A stretch of 63,056 nt of DNA, filler included, from Phoronis australis (taxonomy: Eukaryota; Animalia; Phoronida), in NCBI GenBank assembly GCA_002633005.1. It is 6 parts of 6 records of this genome, joined end to end, with 100 filler letters (N's around TTAATTAATTAA, not from the genome) between each part and the next. Parts side by side here need not be neighbours in the genome. Positions count along the whole stretch, not along the records: positions 1 to 26,828 come from NMRA01001188.1; 5 more parts are not named here. One strand, 5' to 3'. Numbering within the stretch: the first letter of the stretch is position 1; the number at the start of each line of letters is the position of its first letter. The notes below the pieces were generated by a model. It worked only from the letters and a program-made list of their open reading frames with translations, was not told where the DNA came from and did not search any database. The position numbers and the translations under genes were made by a program. Shown one piece after another: positions 12,481 to 26,009 of this stretch.

Positions 12481-15400
12481 GTATCAGTCCACGGATCCAC
12501 CGAACACTGTACAGCCAACAGGTGGCAAGGTGGGGGGTCAGCCATTCAGATCCATGTTTAGTCTGATAAATCACATTAGGGATGAGAGAAATTGGGTGAA
12601 GTATGACACCACAGAGTTTGGTGGTTTAGGAGATACAAGTGAAGTGTACTTGGGGGCAAAATGAGGCAATTTCTTGGTGTGGAATGAGTCATTTTTGACC
12701 AAATTTTCTACTCCAGTTTCTGCTTCAAACAGAATCGTTTCTGAACAATTTTGATATCACATGATAGGTTCATGACCAATGTCAGTAAAAACGGCACCGA
12801 CACCGCAATATCGGTTACCATGGTAACACTGGAACTGTTTCCGTGGAGGTACATTTCCTTCTTGTGAAAAACCAGCAGTAAGTTGTACCCTTATAGCGAT
12901 CAAAAGCTGCCCCCGCGAGAAAACTAAAAATAATAACATGGACGTGTAGAAGACTCCACGCCCTTGAAATTAATACAATAAAAACTTTGTCAGCCCTTCA
13001 GGCAGGCTTGGTAATAGGTGTCTGAATTTCACTATTTTCAGACCGCGTATGTGTATTTGTCATGTTAAACCAGTCACTAGTTGTGCGCCGTTTCTACGCA
13101 TTAATATGCCGTGGTATAATACAACAATTAAAAGAATTGGTTTGCTTAAATGTTTTTAATTAATTTTAAAGACACTAGCATTTCCCACTAAAATATGAAA
13201 TTATACTAAATTTGTTCATTCAATTCGTCTGAATACCAAACTAAAGCTTACAATGCGTTAGTTGAATGATGGCTGACCTAAAGTGCGGGTTTGCGAATTT
13301 ATCTATTTATCTGGCACTGCCAGTCGCATCGAATGTGGTATTTCTACAAATTGCGGAGAGAAACAACTTTGGAAACTCTTGGGAAATGCACAAGGTATAG
13401 AGCGAGACATTTGAGCACCTTATAAGAGTACGTGGAGCTGATGTGGAGGTGGAACGTGTCCTCCTGAGAAGTAGTCTGTCTCAGTGTCTGCCTCGGAGGC
13501 AGGTGTGGAGCAGGAGCTACATAATCTACCGTATTAGATTCACTTGCCCGAATCATCGTTACAACACTCGAGATATATTGCTGTCGCCAAAGACACTGAG
13601 AACATCCACTGCACACTAGAGGAGAAATCTGATAGAGCCTGATAGAGGTCTGAAAAATGACCAAAGACGTTAAGTCAAGGTTCAACGTCCTGCTTCGTGT
13701 GAGCTCAGGTAGGAATCACTAAACTCCAGGGTCTGACCCTGAGGAATATTTTTAGAAGCACGTCATTCATGCAAAAATACTTTTATTGTCACACCGTGAT
13801 TGCTTATAACTTGGGCCTTATTGCTTAATCATATCTTATTCAAATGTGTTGATGTTTATGCAACTACATGTATACATTGGCATAGAAAATAGGTAGTCAT
13901 CATAACTTTTCATAACAACCACCAAATGTGTAACATGACTTCTGCCCATGAACTACTTTTAGAGACTAGGGAGTATGTTATGTCTGCCAATGAATTTCTG
14001 CGATTATGAAGTTAATTAAACATGCTAAAGCCGTCAAAAATATTGGTGCCTTCACTTTAGCTTGGTATTCATATTTTCTGAGCCGAAATGGCCACATTAA
14101 ATTTAATATGTTTAATTTTTTCATTAATACAATTTTAGGAATCAGGAAAGGCTTATGCTGAAGAAGTGGCTTCTGCTGAAGTTGGAGACTTGCCGATTAT
14201 TAGTAAAGGTTGGGTATGGAAAAGTTCACAACCAGCAAGAAGGTACCCTTCTGGACAACTAAGTGAGGGGGCTAGAGAGAGGCCGTAAAGTCTACTCCCA
14301 GAAGATATGTCAAAGAGAATTTGTAGCTTGAGGAACGAGTCGGGGGAAAAAGTATTTGCCAAAGATTACTGGCTTATACCACAACAGGTCCAAAGTAATT
14401 TGTTGAGATAGGCCACTCTCAGCAAATGTGGGGAAACTGGGACAGAGGAAGTGGAGTATGCATTGAAAGAGGCAATCTGCGATTGTCAAGGATGTAGCAT
14501 TGTAAAAATTCAAAGGGAGGAAACAGTACAGTGGCTGGACCTGTAAATACTCTGGCTGATCTGCTAAATCCAGTGGGGGCATTATTGTATCAGCACAGCT
14601 GTGTAGGGAAGTAGGCTTGTGTGTTGTTGCAGGCTTTGTTTGCACCAGAACTGCTTGTGTGAACAGCACAAATCTAAAATTTACCTAGTCTAAGACTGAA
14701 TTTTTCTCCAGGCACGGATCATGATCCTGGGCCACATGGTAATGGTACATTGTTCATTTTGTTTAGCCACTGGATTTTTTGGTCTGACAGGATTTCTCAG
14801 TGTGGCCATCACATTTAGATGATTTCTGACCACTGTACTGTTCCTTTTCCTTGAAGATGCATAATTGATCTGAATTTATGTTTCCGCATTTTATTTACCA
14901 TTATAGATTTTTGTTTGTAAATGGGTATATATTACTGAAATTTGAGACCCTGTTGCAGTTAGGCTGGTTTTGTTAACTTATCTTTCTACCTGGGTTGTAA
15001 ACCCATATTCTGTCCAGGAGGTAATAAGTTTTGATTTAGACCATTTACCTCTATAAAATTTGCTCAGTTTGTTCCTTATCCAGATGGGAAGTGATTTCTG
15101 GAATTATAGCGAATTGACAGTTTGCTATTCCTTGAGACCATGCTGTGTGTATAAAATCACACACTATTAGTCTGGTCTCTAGCAATTGCATATTGCCAGA
15201 TCTTTCAAAGTTCTGAAATTGCTCAAAAGTGACCTGGAAGTAATACCTATTTCGTGATGGTAAAATGTCTAAATCAAAAGTTGTTTTATGTGATTCTAGG
15301 CGAGTTTATGTCCACTTCAAATGATTTTTGTTGCAGTACTGAAAAGTATTGGCACATTAGCTCTGGTGGCTCCTTGTTTTTTTGGCGAATTGACCATTTT

Positions 15401-17528
15401 ATGGTTCCCATGGGTAATTTTGTTAGTGGTCTAGTATGTATGTACAACTGTAATCGTAGGGCAATTGTAATGCAAACCATGTTGCAAAAGTATTTTTTCA
15501 TGACCATTTCAATGTAAAATGCTGCCTAATTGGAACCGTCATGCCAATTTTTCATTTTGTGGTGGTTAGTTTTGATAAGAACATTGATGTGGTAAATACA
15601 GCTACCTCAAGTTTGTGAAGAAGAGATTTCCAGTGTTGTCAGCGATATTGCGAAATCACTTTTTTGCAGTGAGACTACATCACCTTAAATGTAATTCCCT
15701 GACTTTATGGGCTTTGTGTGGTTGACTCTGTCCTGTAGCAATTAGAGTGTTGAAAAGATCTAGAAGGCAATTTTTTATTAGACTCATAATATTTGCACTT
15801 TTGACTGTACAATTATCTTTGCATTGTATTACGAAAACATATTCTGTAGTACACAAGTCTCTGGTTGGTATTTTATATTTTTTCACAAGGAATATTTTCA
15901 ACTTAGATGAGTTGTCTGTGAGGTAGGCAATTTTCAAATAAGATAATGAATAAAATTGTCAAACATTGTTTTATTTTTTAGATGTGTGATCTTCCAATAA
16001 GTGATTACTTTTAAAAAACCTGTGCAGAATTTGATTTTTACTCTTCATTTGAAGGAGAATAAATCCATAAACCTGCATTGTCTAGAAATTTTACTCAAAC
16101 TACATATTACAGGGTTGGGGATTGGAATCTTAATACAACAGAGTCTGAACCCGTACCATGAGCAATACAACACAATACACGGATATAAAAATTTGGTGTT
16201 TAGGTTCCACGGAAAGGATTCGTGTGCGCGGTAATAGTTACTAAGGTGCGTGGTCATTGTTTGTGGATACTTTGGGATTCCTCTTCTGTGGTCATCCACG
16301 GGAAACCTGGTCGCATAGAGAACAATAGATTAGCATCTTCATTGTTTCCGTTGTTATAATAAAGATATAATGACGAGCACTTATCGGCAACGGTCTGATG
16401 TACGCAAGGTTCTATATCCATGCGACCTGTGTTGTTACATCCAACAATGACACAACAAAGGAAAACAATGATAGGACCGATGGGCGAAAAACATGCGACG
16501 AGTTGCCATGGACAGTGGTGGAGTTTGTCTTGTCATTCGAATGTTTTTACAGAACTGCAAACCCGGTATTTCGTCAGGAAAATTTCTGCGGTCTTTTGTT
16601 TTAAGTCGTGGGAAAAATTGCGGTCATGCAACCTAACTTATCATTCATTTGATATTACAATGCATTACATGAACATTTGATCAACAGAAAATCTGACTTG
16701 AATATGTGTGAAGAAATACCCATGAGGAAATTGCAAAGTAAAACAACTGTAAATCAAAATACATGTAACCTACATTTGTCGAGTTCATGTCTAACCCTGT
16801 TCACTGTGGAGGACATAATCGGCTTTTTACAAAATGGAGCCATGTATGGTATTTAGGGGTACTATAGCCCTAAGTGATCAGTAGTAAAACGTTCAAAACA
16901 TTCAGGAGGAACTAACTTGTTGCAAAATATCGAAAAACATGAAGGACAATCGGATTTTACGGTGCTCACGCATCGATCTCAGATATATGAAAATTTCTCA
17001 TTTTAGTACATTTGAGGTGCCAAAATATATAACTAATAAACTGGCTGACAAAGTTTTTATTTTATGAAATGAAAGTAACATGTTTTGTCAACATTTTGGC
17101 TAAGTTTCATTCTCATAACAGTGGGGGCAGATTTGGTACAGCAGTGTACTGAACACAACCTCAAAATGGCATAACGGGGGGCAGTGTAGTAAAACTACTA
17201 AATGAGGGCGGTAAATCGCAATCGTGTTTCAAGACATCTGTGTAACAATCTATAGGCACCACTAAACAATGCCAAGTGAATAATAAATCAATAGCTTTCA
17301 TTCAAGGAAAATATGAACAGTTAAAACTGGACAGTTTTTATACCGTGAAAACATGGCTGCGAAACCGTAAAATGTGTTTGAACCTATAACTTTAGAAAAA
17401 CAAAATATTTTGAGGAAATATTTTACCGCTGTTTATAGATCCCATAGGACTACATATGTGCCAAATTTGGTGAAAATCGGCTGACCCCCACCTTGCCGCT
17501 CATGGTTGGTGCTCTCGTGGACTAGTAC
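12481..17528 (+). mobile_element. 5-kb DNA transposon deletion derivative with TTAA TSD (Sola3-like)
   Basis: TTAA|GTATCAGTCCACG ... CGTGGACTAGTAC|TTAA, with a further inverted match GGCAAGGTGGGGG(G)TCAGCC. Decayed coding remnants: CPNHR..HPLH (about 13545-13615) and GWVWK...RNESGEKVF..WLIPQQVQ (about 14210-14410). Confidence 0.7.
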
Positions 17529-17827
17529 TTAATACACACTTTTGTGTTAAACACAATGTTTCAGGAACACTTTACAGCCTCACTACGTGCAGACGACGCC
17601 ATCACTTGAAGATTTCCAGTGTTGTTCGTTTTATTCATGTCACTTGCAAACTTATAATCTTTAGAACTAGATTTGATTTTCTGAGATACCAAAAAGTTTC
17701 ACAGATAGCTCTGCGAATGAAATACCTCATAATATTGAGGTGTTATATCGGAGTCTGAGGGTGCATCAGCCACATGTGAATTACTGTGAAACATTTTTGG
17801 TGTCCCGTTTGGTATTTAGTCTGACAA

Positions 17828-18161
17828 GGAGGATACATTACACAGTGATCATTGCCCATTCAATGTATGTGCCTAACCATGTGCATAATGACCACATACA
17901 TCCAACTGCTTTCAACTCAATGGTGTGTCATCCATCCTATCTATATAGTTTTGTTACCACTTTACATCCATCGATACAGAAAATGGTCGCAAGGATATAA
18001 AAAGCTATACACAGGGTATAGACGTCAGGGGATAACAAAACAATATATAGAGGATGGATGACACACCATTGAGTAAAGGGCAGTTGGGTGTATGTGGTCA
18101 TTATGCGCATGGTCAGGCAAATGCATTGAATGTGCTATGATCACTGTGTAATGGATCCTCC
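17828..18161. mobile_element. Foldback/MITE with about 135-bp inverted arms
   Basis: GGAGGATACATTACACAGTGATCAT... is the near reverse complement of ...ATGATCACTGTGTAATGGATCCTCC; the spacer is about 65 bp. Confidence 0.85.
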
Positions 18162-18499
18162 TAGATGATGTCTCGAGTGAGGTGGAGTACTCAGCTATGG
18201 TATTGTATTCTATGCATTATGTTATAAATGTGACTTGAACATGCTGCCAGTACTATTGACTTTGTGTCTTTTTATTACAGTCATGAGCTTGGTACAATTG
18301 TAGTCTGGCACCTGATGCGAGATTCGACTGCTGTCAGTTTGAGAGGATAACTAAAAAGGCTGTAAAGTGAAGATGGAATCTTGGCCGCATCTAATGCAAT
18401 ATTTCTAATACGAAAGTGTATTAGGAAGAGATTAGTAAGCCTATGATTAATGAGCAATGGATTTTAAAGTAACTTTCAATCTCATATATGTATAAGTAC

Positions 18500-18602
18500 C
18501 TGGGGTGAATCAAACGGATACTTTGGACTGAACTTAAACTGCAACTGAAACTTTTCCCCTTCATACAATGTTCCTGTGGCACCTTCTACATCAACAGTCC
18601 AC
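18500..18602 (-). CDS. UBE2W: UBE2W exon 3 (WTVDVEGATGTLYEGEKFQLQFKFSPKYPFDSPQ)
   Basis: 103-nt exon bounded by CAG and GTACTT, phase-compatible with exon 2; typical UBC core sequence. Confidence 0.96.
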
Positions 18603-20365
18603 CTGCAACAACAAAACACTGTAATGTAAAAGCAAGACAAAGAAACATGTAGAGTAAACAGCAACAAATGAAAAGATGTAAAAAGAGTAGTTTGCTGGGA
18701 GCCCTTCTTGTACGCAGAACTTGAAGGACCATAGAATGTTCCAGGAGTTTAGCGACTGTCCATGATGTTTGTAATAGTGGGATGCAAATTACGAATCATA
18801 TCCAGAAGAATTCCTGTTAAGGTTATGTAAGACCCTAGAATTATGACCAAATTTGGCCAAATTCGAAAGTTTATACCTCAGATACAGCTGATGGGATTCA
18901 TATATAAGTTTCACAAACCATACTTTACCAAAACATTTCCAAAACACTGCAAGTAATTGTTTAAATCAAATGTATCACTTTTGTATGAAGAGCTATAAAA
19001 ATAAGACTAACATGATTTTTATGAAAGAAAAAGAAATTATACCACAGAAAAATGTAACACGAGTGTTTTTGAGATTCAACCTTAAGCACTTCAAGTGAAA
19101 TTTACCTATGTTCCTCATACTGCTGTTTTCCAAGGAGATTATTTTTCTTGTTTGCTAAATTTTACTAAACATGCATGGTGATATAACCCATTTAATTGTA
19201 GCCAAAAAAAAAAGAATTCTAAGCGCTTTCAAGTTTCAGAATATATAATACACATTATATGCTGTGTTTAATTTTTTTGAAAATATTTGGCTAAATGAAC
19301 GAACTTGTCGATAAGGTCCAACATAACCTGAATTGTGAACAAAGGATTACTCAAAAGAGTCTCGCATTTTGAGTGAAGCACTGAGTTTCGTAATGAAAAA
19401 ACATATACTAATTAAAGCATATCTTTAGCAAGAAAGTTCAAATAATTTGAAAATATGCTCTACAGCTAAGTAATGATCATGCCAAGATTGAAGCTGGTAG
19501 GAAACTTTTACTAACTGTACAGTGATACACCTTCATCTAACATTGAAATGATTAATCCCAGGCTTAACAGTGACACATTAAAACTAGGTTACTTTGACTC
19601 TGTGCTGAGACGAATATGCATCCGCAAGCAACGTGATATCAGCATGACAACCTATTACGCAACTGATACTGTAGTCTAAATATAGCACCAGGTTGGTTGA
19701 TGGCCGGCCAGCAGTACAGTTGCCTGGGGGGGGGNATGAGTCGGCATTACAACCGGCTGTCGGTCAGCGACCGGTCGTTAACTCCAAGCCGACTGGTCGG
19801 ACAAAAAATTGTGATGTGTGCTGTACTATGGTGTTCAATTATGCTTACTCTCATAAGTCATAGTGTGGAATTCTGTTTGCACTCATTGTCACTGTCATTG
19901 TCATTGTCTCAGGGACAGACATCACAGCACATTGGACAGGTCCACAAGTGCTCAGTCCTCTGCAGCAGCCAAGAAAGAGTCACACTGCTGATGGTTCCCA
20001 TGTTGAGCTGGTTGCTAACATGATGTGGAAAAATGGGTCACTTTGTCGATTTCCCTTTGACTTGTACCATAAAATAATAAAATCCACTGATTTTGCAATT
20101 TTAATACAAAACTCCAATTCTGGCTGATGTTTTCCAGGCATAGACTGAAATCAAGGCCGGTGACTTTACGAATTAAATGTACCTTAAAATACACTGTCAT
20201 TTATCCAGGTGCGGCTCACCAGCAGAGCAATTAGCTGTAAACACAAAGGATTCGCAGATCGAATACTTGCTCGGGCTGACTTCAGAAAACCACATTTCTG
20301 GCTAATGTCCCTTGAAGTCAAATGTGACCTTCACGGAAAAGACCACAAGTTGATAGTTTACTTAC

Positions 20366-20457
20366 TCTGTGATGTTGGATCCTATCTTATCACTGTCAAC
20401 TATAATGCCTTTTGGTGGGTCTGTCACCAGGTTGCGTAGCTCTTTTTGAAGACGTTT
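20366..20457 (-). CDS. UBE2W: UBE2W exon 2 (KRLQKELRNLVTDPPKGIIVDSDKIGSNITE)
   Basis: 92-nt exon bounded by TAG and GTAAGT; contains the E2 N-terminal KRLQKEL helix. Confidence 0.95.
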
Positions 20458-21907
20458 CTAGAATAAAGCCAGATAATTCATAAGGGCATTACAAAGGTAA
20501 TTGCCGACTTGAAAATAAAGGTGCTTACAGTTATCCAATTGTACTGACATGTGGCTCTATTTGAAACCTTTTAAGTCTGGACACTAGTATTTGTACTCAA
20601 AATTATCTATTTTACTTTTGTATGGACTCGAGGCAAGTGGCTATTACTCAGTACTCGAGTACACTATCATTTATGCATATGAGTTTCTAGTCCAAGATAG
20701 CATCACTTGATGACCCCTACAACCAAGCTACAAAAAAATAACTTAATCCAGAGTTCAAGTACAGACTCAAATACAAGGCTTAAATGCTAAGATCATCAAG
20801 AGCAAATTAGTATCAGACTATCTTACTCCTAAAACAATATAATGTTCCAGGACAAAATAATAGACACCTACTATGGGTTTGAACATAAGTGTCTTCAACA
20901 GAAAATGTACAACATAATTTTGAATTGGAATTCAGGTAAAAAGATCAAAGGATGAGTTATCTCTCTGCTGCATTAGAACAAAGACTCAAGTACTTTTAAA
21001 AAGTCATTTATTGAGCGCTACTACAACAGATCAAAATGCCCGAGCTCAAAGTAAGAATAAGGGGAATGAAAAGGCTTATTAGCTAGAACGAGTCACAATC
21101 ATGAGACATGAACCCGATGGAAAAACTTGGAACTCAGGTCGATGTAACCATGAACACCCACTACTTTGACTCTAATGAAAAAATATTAAAAGTGTATTGA
21201 GGAATCAGAAACATTCAAATAACTGGAGAACTGTAAGTCATAGCGAGAAACCAATACAGCACTGCACTGCACAGAGCCCTTGATAAAGTCTATTTACGAA
21301 TCGAATTTCAGAATGTTCTGTCAAAGGATTGTGAAGATAGAACACCACAAAGGATTTTGAGGAAAAATATCCATCACAGCAACAACTTACTAGTACGTCT
21401 GATCTGGCCCAAAAACAATAGTCCTAGAGATATTGCGGAGATAAACACTGTGTGTACTCAATTTTATGTCGATCTGAGAAAAAATGTGGCCTGCATCATG
21501 AGACCACCAAAAACTCAGCCAGGATTAAGTCAATAAAAATCTGGCCAGAAAATCTCCAGTATCTCAAGAAAATTAAATCTCAGCAAGTAATGGGTTTCAC
21601 AATGCAAACAGATCTCATCTAGAATCACGCTCCATTAAACTTGTCAAGCAAGCCTTTTGTGTTGGTACACAATAGTGTGGTTAAGCTGGTCAGAGCTTAC
21701 AGTAACACAAAGGAATGAACAGGTGAAAGTTAAGTCTAATTTCTCTGAGAGTCAATCCTTTTTCTCCATTCAAAGTGTTCTGGTGAAAGTATTTCATAGA
21801 AAACACATCTGCTTCATGACATTTGTTGAAAGTCGTTTGTAAATAGTATTTTTATAAATTGTTTATCCTCAGGGGCACTGCTTACAACATAATTGCTGTA
21901 TTACATC

Positions 21908-22530
21908 TAGCCTTGGTACAAAGCTGTACATTAAATAGACAGCTTTGCGCCGAATTGGGTAAAAAAAGTGATAAGATAAAATCTGACACAAAATTGGTGT
22001 CATTAAAAACTACAGTATTCCTTGAGTAAACTAAATTTATTAAACAGTGTTGGAAAAATGGCGTTCTACTGTTATTCAGCTGCTACACCTGTAAAGCGAT
22101 CTTTAGAAACAGCTTTCGGCACCATGACATATTGCATCACCTATTAGCCAGTTTGTTTTTTCGTTGATTCTTCAATCAACTGTTCTTCTTTCACGAGGTT
22201 GCGTAGATATCACAACATATTATCGGAACTGGTTTCATTTAGTTACAAGTTTTTAGAATTTTGATACTGAAAAACCGAATTTCAGAAGGAATTTTGCTGC
22301 TGCCAAGCTGTCATCATCTCCCAAGAGAAGTCGCAAAAATTTAGGAATTGGCGCGTACCACGAGCGTACTGTTTTCAAAACTCCACAACTTTTCTTTGTA
22401 AGAAAAGGTGGAGGATTACGCAAGAAAATGACGTTTATTGGATTGTTTTCCACTTAAACGGCTGTAACGGGCAAGGTGAGTTTCTTTTGATTCCCAGATT
22501 TTGCATGCACCCCGTCTGGTCTATAGCTCT
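21908..22530 (+). mobile_element. Dispersed repeat (CTAGCCTTGGT.CAAAGCTGT family), copy A
   Basis: Inverted homolog at 23990-26009; similar starts at about 26606 and 62527. Confidence 0.75.
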
Positions 22531-23404
22531 ACATGTTGATACAAGTTTCATGGCGAGTTGACAAGCAGAACTACCCTGGCTGTGTGCAATTTCGGGGTCT
22601 ATGGGAGAAAAATACACAGCTGTATTCAGACAATATTTGGCTGGCTGCATGGCTAGATTATTTCAAGCTCATCAGAAGAAAGCAAACAATAAGAGAGCTG
22701 TACTATGTAAACACTGGTTTTTGCTAAGGTCAAACTGATAATGACACAGCAGTATCCCACTGGCCCAACAGTCAATCCAAATACTCATTCCACTGCACTT
22801 ATCGGCTCATGTGTAACAAAATAAGTGGGTGTTCTACATGTCACTACTACAGACATTGACAGCAGTATTTAATCAAGGGATCACTTATGCACAAAATTTA
22901 TTTTTCAGCTCTGGTAAGCCTTTTTCCTTACAGGATTTCTTCAGGAGGTGTGATTTTTTCTCCACCGCATTATCAGAATTGGATTCACGTGCAAATCCAA
23001 TCAGTGACCGACTTTTGTTTGGCTCTTGCCAACATCAACGAGGTTTTACGCTCTCGGATCTTGATGGTATGCGAAGTGTCGAGCTCTGACATGTAAGTTG
23101 AAAGCTCCACGAGTTAGAACTATTGATAAGGGGATAATTTATTTTACTCCATTACCAGGGAATATCAAAATAACAATTACGGAAATGAAAATCTGAACCC
23201 ACTCGACTTCCGTGTCTCGAACTCGACGATGGGAAAAACCAGATTCAGTCTTCATGCAATAATTTGAATACCAATTATGTAAATGCGTGTTCTGACACAC
23301 CAATTGATATGAGACACCCTATCTATGATATTACACTATGAGTTAAACGGCGTTGATCTAAAATGTCAAGTTTCGACTTCATACAGTAAACAAACCAGAC
23401 AGAC

Positions 23405-23416
23405 CTTCGACGCCAT
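23405..23416 (-). CDS. UBE2W: UBE2W exon 1 (MASK; phase 0)
   Basis: AAAC-ATG GCG TCG AAG followed by GT. It resembles the MAS- start of vertebrate UBE2W and joins in frame to KRLQKEL. An alternative in-frame donor lies 9 nt further (GTTTGT). Confidence 0.65.
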
Positions 23417-23597
23417 GTTTATTTTAGAAGCACAGTTACGATTCACAATATTTAGTTTCGTATTTTTTGCTTTGAACTTGACGCGAAATCAATTCAATGC
23501 ATTTCTATATATTTTCGCATACATATTGCGTAGCTTTGGTATTTATAAATGTAAACATTATGTAGTTAATGATAGTTTAGGACATTAGTCGTACCCA
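23417..23597. promoter_or_regulatory. Probable bidirectional promoter between UBE2W and a plus-strand gene
   Basis: Two divergent ATG-containing first-exon candidates lie about 180 bp apart. A YY1-like CGCCATGTT overlaps the UBE2W start codon. Confidence 0.45.
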
Positions 23598-23774
23598 ATG
23601 TCAAGGCCGTTAATTCAAGGTGAAGGTCAGAAGGTCGTTTGGTTCTGCATGTTTGCGAAAGAAGGAATGGATTTAGGCATAGGTGATTTAAACTTAAACT
23701 GCGGATTCGATGGCACTGAGAAGAATCACCCGTTAGCTGATTCGAACTGGAGTGCGAAATTCTGCAAGAAGGAC
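23598..23774 (+). CDS. Candidate first coding exon of an unidentified gene
   Basis: Open frame from ATG 23598 (further in-frame ATGs at 23649 and 23667) to GAC|GTAAGT, a phase-0 donor. Confidence 0.4.
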
Positions 23775-23989
23775 GTAAGTGTTGTTTGCCAATGTCTTCT
23801 CACTTCTGTCGTGTCTTGTCTGACTCTTAGCCAGCCAGCTGTATTGTTGTGAATGTTGGTTTGTGTGGTCTCGTGTATTAAATTACAACAGTATGAAGAC
23901 TGTTGTCAAAATACAGCTAGGAACCACTGTGTGTATTTCTTCACCAAGAAATTACACACAACCAGGGTAGTTCTGTTCGTCACCGCACT

Positions 23990-26009
23990 GTGAAACTTGT
24001 ATCAACACGTAAAGCATGCACAATCTGGGAATCAACCCGACATTCACCTTGCCCGTTATAGCCGTTTAAGTGAAAAACAATAAACGTCATTTTCTTGCGT
24101 AGCTCTCCGCCTTTTCTAGCAATGAAAAGTACGTTGTCGTTTTGAAAACAGTCCGATTGTCTCACGTACATGCGCCATTTCCTAAATTTTTGCGACATCT
24201 CTCGGGAGATGATAATAGCTTGGCAGCAGCAAATATTAGGGAGGACAACGTTTTTAAAATTTTTTTTACAATACCCATGTGTCATACATTTTTGAAAAGC
24301 CCTTGGTGTGAGAAATGAAATGGTGCAAAAATCAGAAAAATTGGATGAGCGGTTGACGAGAAAATGGCCGTTGAAGTGCGACGTTTATGCGCAAAATATC
24401 TGCCTTTTTACATAATTTCGTAAAAAATAAAAGAATACACATGTGCTGCATATAAAAAGATTCGACTCATTGAGACAAACATGGTGGTGTGTATTATATA
24501 AAATTTGGATCGATTTCTACAGAGATATTGCTGTTTAAGTGTGTTGTTATAGCATNNNNNNNNNNNNNNNNNNNNNNNNNNNNNNNNNNNNNNNNNNNNN
24601 NNNNNNNNNNNNNNNNNNNNNNNNNNNNNNNNNNNNNNNNNNNNNNNNNNNNNNNNNNNNNNNNNNNNNNNNNNNNNNNNNNNNNNNNNNNNNNNNNNNN
24701 NNNNNNNNNNNNNNNNNNNNNNNNNNNNNNNNNNNNNNNNNNNNNNNNNNNNNNNNNNNNNNNNNNNNNNNNNNNNNNNNNNNNNNNNNNNNNNNNNNNN
24801 NNNNNNNNNNNNNNNNNNNNNNNNNNNNNNNNNNNNNNNNNNNNNNNNNNNNNNNNNNNNNNNNNNNNNNNNNNNNNNNNNNNNNNNNNNNNNNNNNNNN
24901 NNNNNNNNNNNNNNNNNNNNNNNNNNNNNNNNNNNNNNNNNNNNNNNNNNNNNNNNNNNNNNNNNNNNNNNNNNNNNNNNNNNNNNNNNNNNNNNNNNNN
25001 NNNNNNNNNNNNNNNNNNNNNNNNNNNNNNNNNNNNNNNNNNNNNNNNNNNNNNNNNNNNNNNNNNNNNNNNNNNNNNNNNNNNNNNNNNNNNNNNNNNN
25101 NNNNNNNNNNNNNNNNNNNNNNNNNNNNNNNNNNNNNNNNNNNNNNNNNNNNNNNNNNNNNNNNNNNNNNNNNNNNNNNNNNNNNNNNNNNNNNNNNNNN
25201 NNNNNNNNNNNNNNNNNNNNNNNNNNNNNNNNNNNNNNNNNNNNNNNNNNNNNNNNNNNNNNNNTTCGAGAAAACAACTTGAGGAGATGCGCACGCATCT
25301 AAACTACATCCTGTCCAAATTTCATGTTTGTATTTGAGAGTATAGTGCTCTTTTGGATAGGAGGAACAAGAGGTACTTTTTCGAAAGTTGGTCGCATGGC
25401 GGAAAATCGTGCGCTAAAAAAAGCTTACAAAAAATGATTTATCAGCGATAATTTGAGACAAAAAGATTACAAACTTACAAATAAAGACTAAGGTAACGAT
25501 TTATAACACAAAATTGTCTTATAGTTAACTTTGAAGTCTGAAATCGGGTAATTTACCGATGTGGGTTTTACACGGAGGCAGATATGGAGCACCGTGACCT
25601 ACTTTTTGATTGTCCTCCCTACAAATATTGTCTTCTGAAATTCGTTTTTTCGCTATCAAAATTCTAAAAACTTATAATGAAGTGAAACCAGTTCTGATAA
25701 TTTGTTGTGATGTGCACCCAACCTCGTGAAAGACAAACAGTTGATTGAGGAATCGGCGAAAAAAGAAACTGGCCAATAGATGACGTAATATTTCATGGCG
25801 CTGAAAGCCGTCGCTAAAGATCGCTCCACATATTTAGCAGCAGAATAACGGTGGAACGCCATTTTTTCCAACACCGTTAAATAGTTTAGTTTACTCAAAG
25901 AAGACTATAGTTTTTAATGACACTAATTTTGTGTCAGATTTTATCTTAATTACTACTTATTTACCCACATCGGTGGAAAGCTGTATATTTAGCTTTGTAC
26001 CAAGGCTAG
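23990..26009 (-). mobile_element. Same dispersed repeat, copy B (inverted, interrupted by a hAT-like insertion)
   Basis: 24015-24230 is the reverse complement of about 22280-22510, and 25630-26009 of about 21908-22270. Confidence 0.75.
24237..25621. mobile_element. hAT-like non-autonomous element (spans an N gap)
   Basis: TIRs TAGGGAGGACAA / TTGTCCTCCCTA flanked by duplicated CAAATAT(T). Confidence 0.7.

Noticed and set aside
24408-25337. Long ORFs containing X runs (also 29338-29993 and 56969-58294)
   Set aside because: These are artefacts of translating through N gaps.
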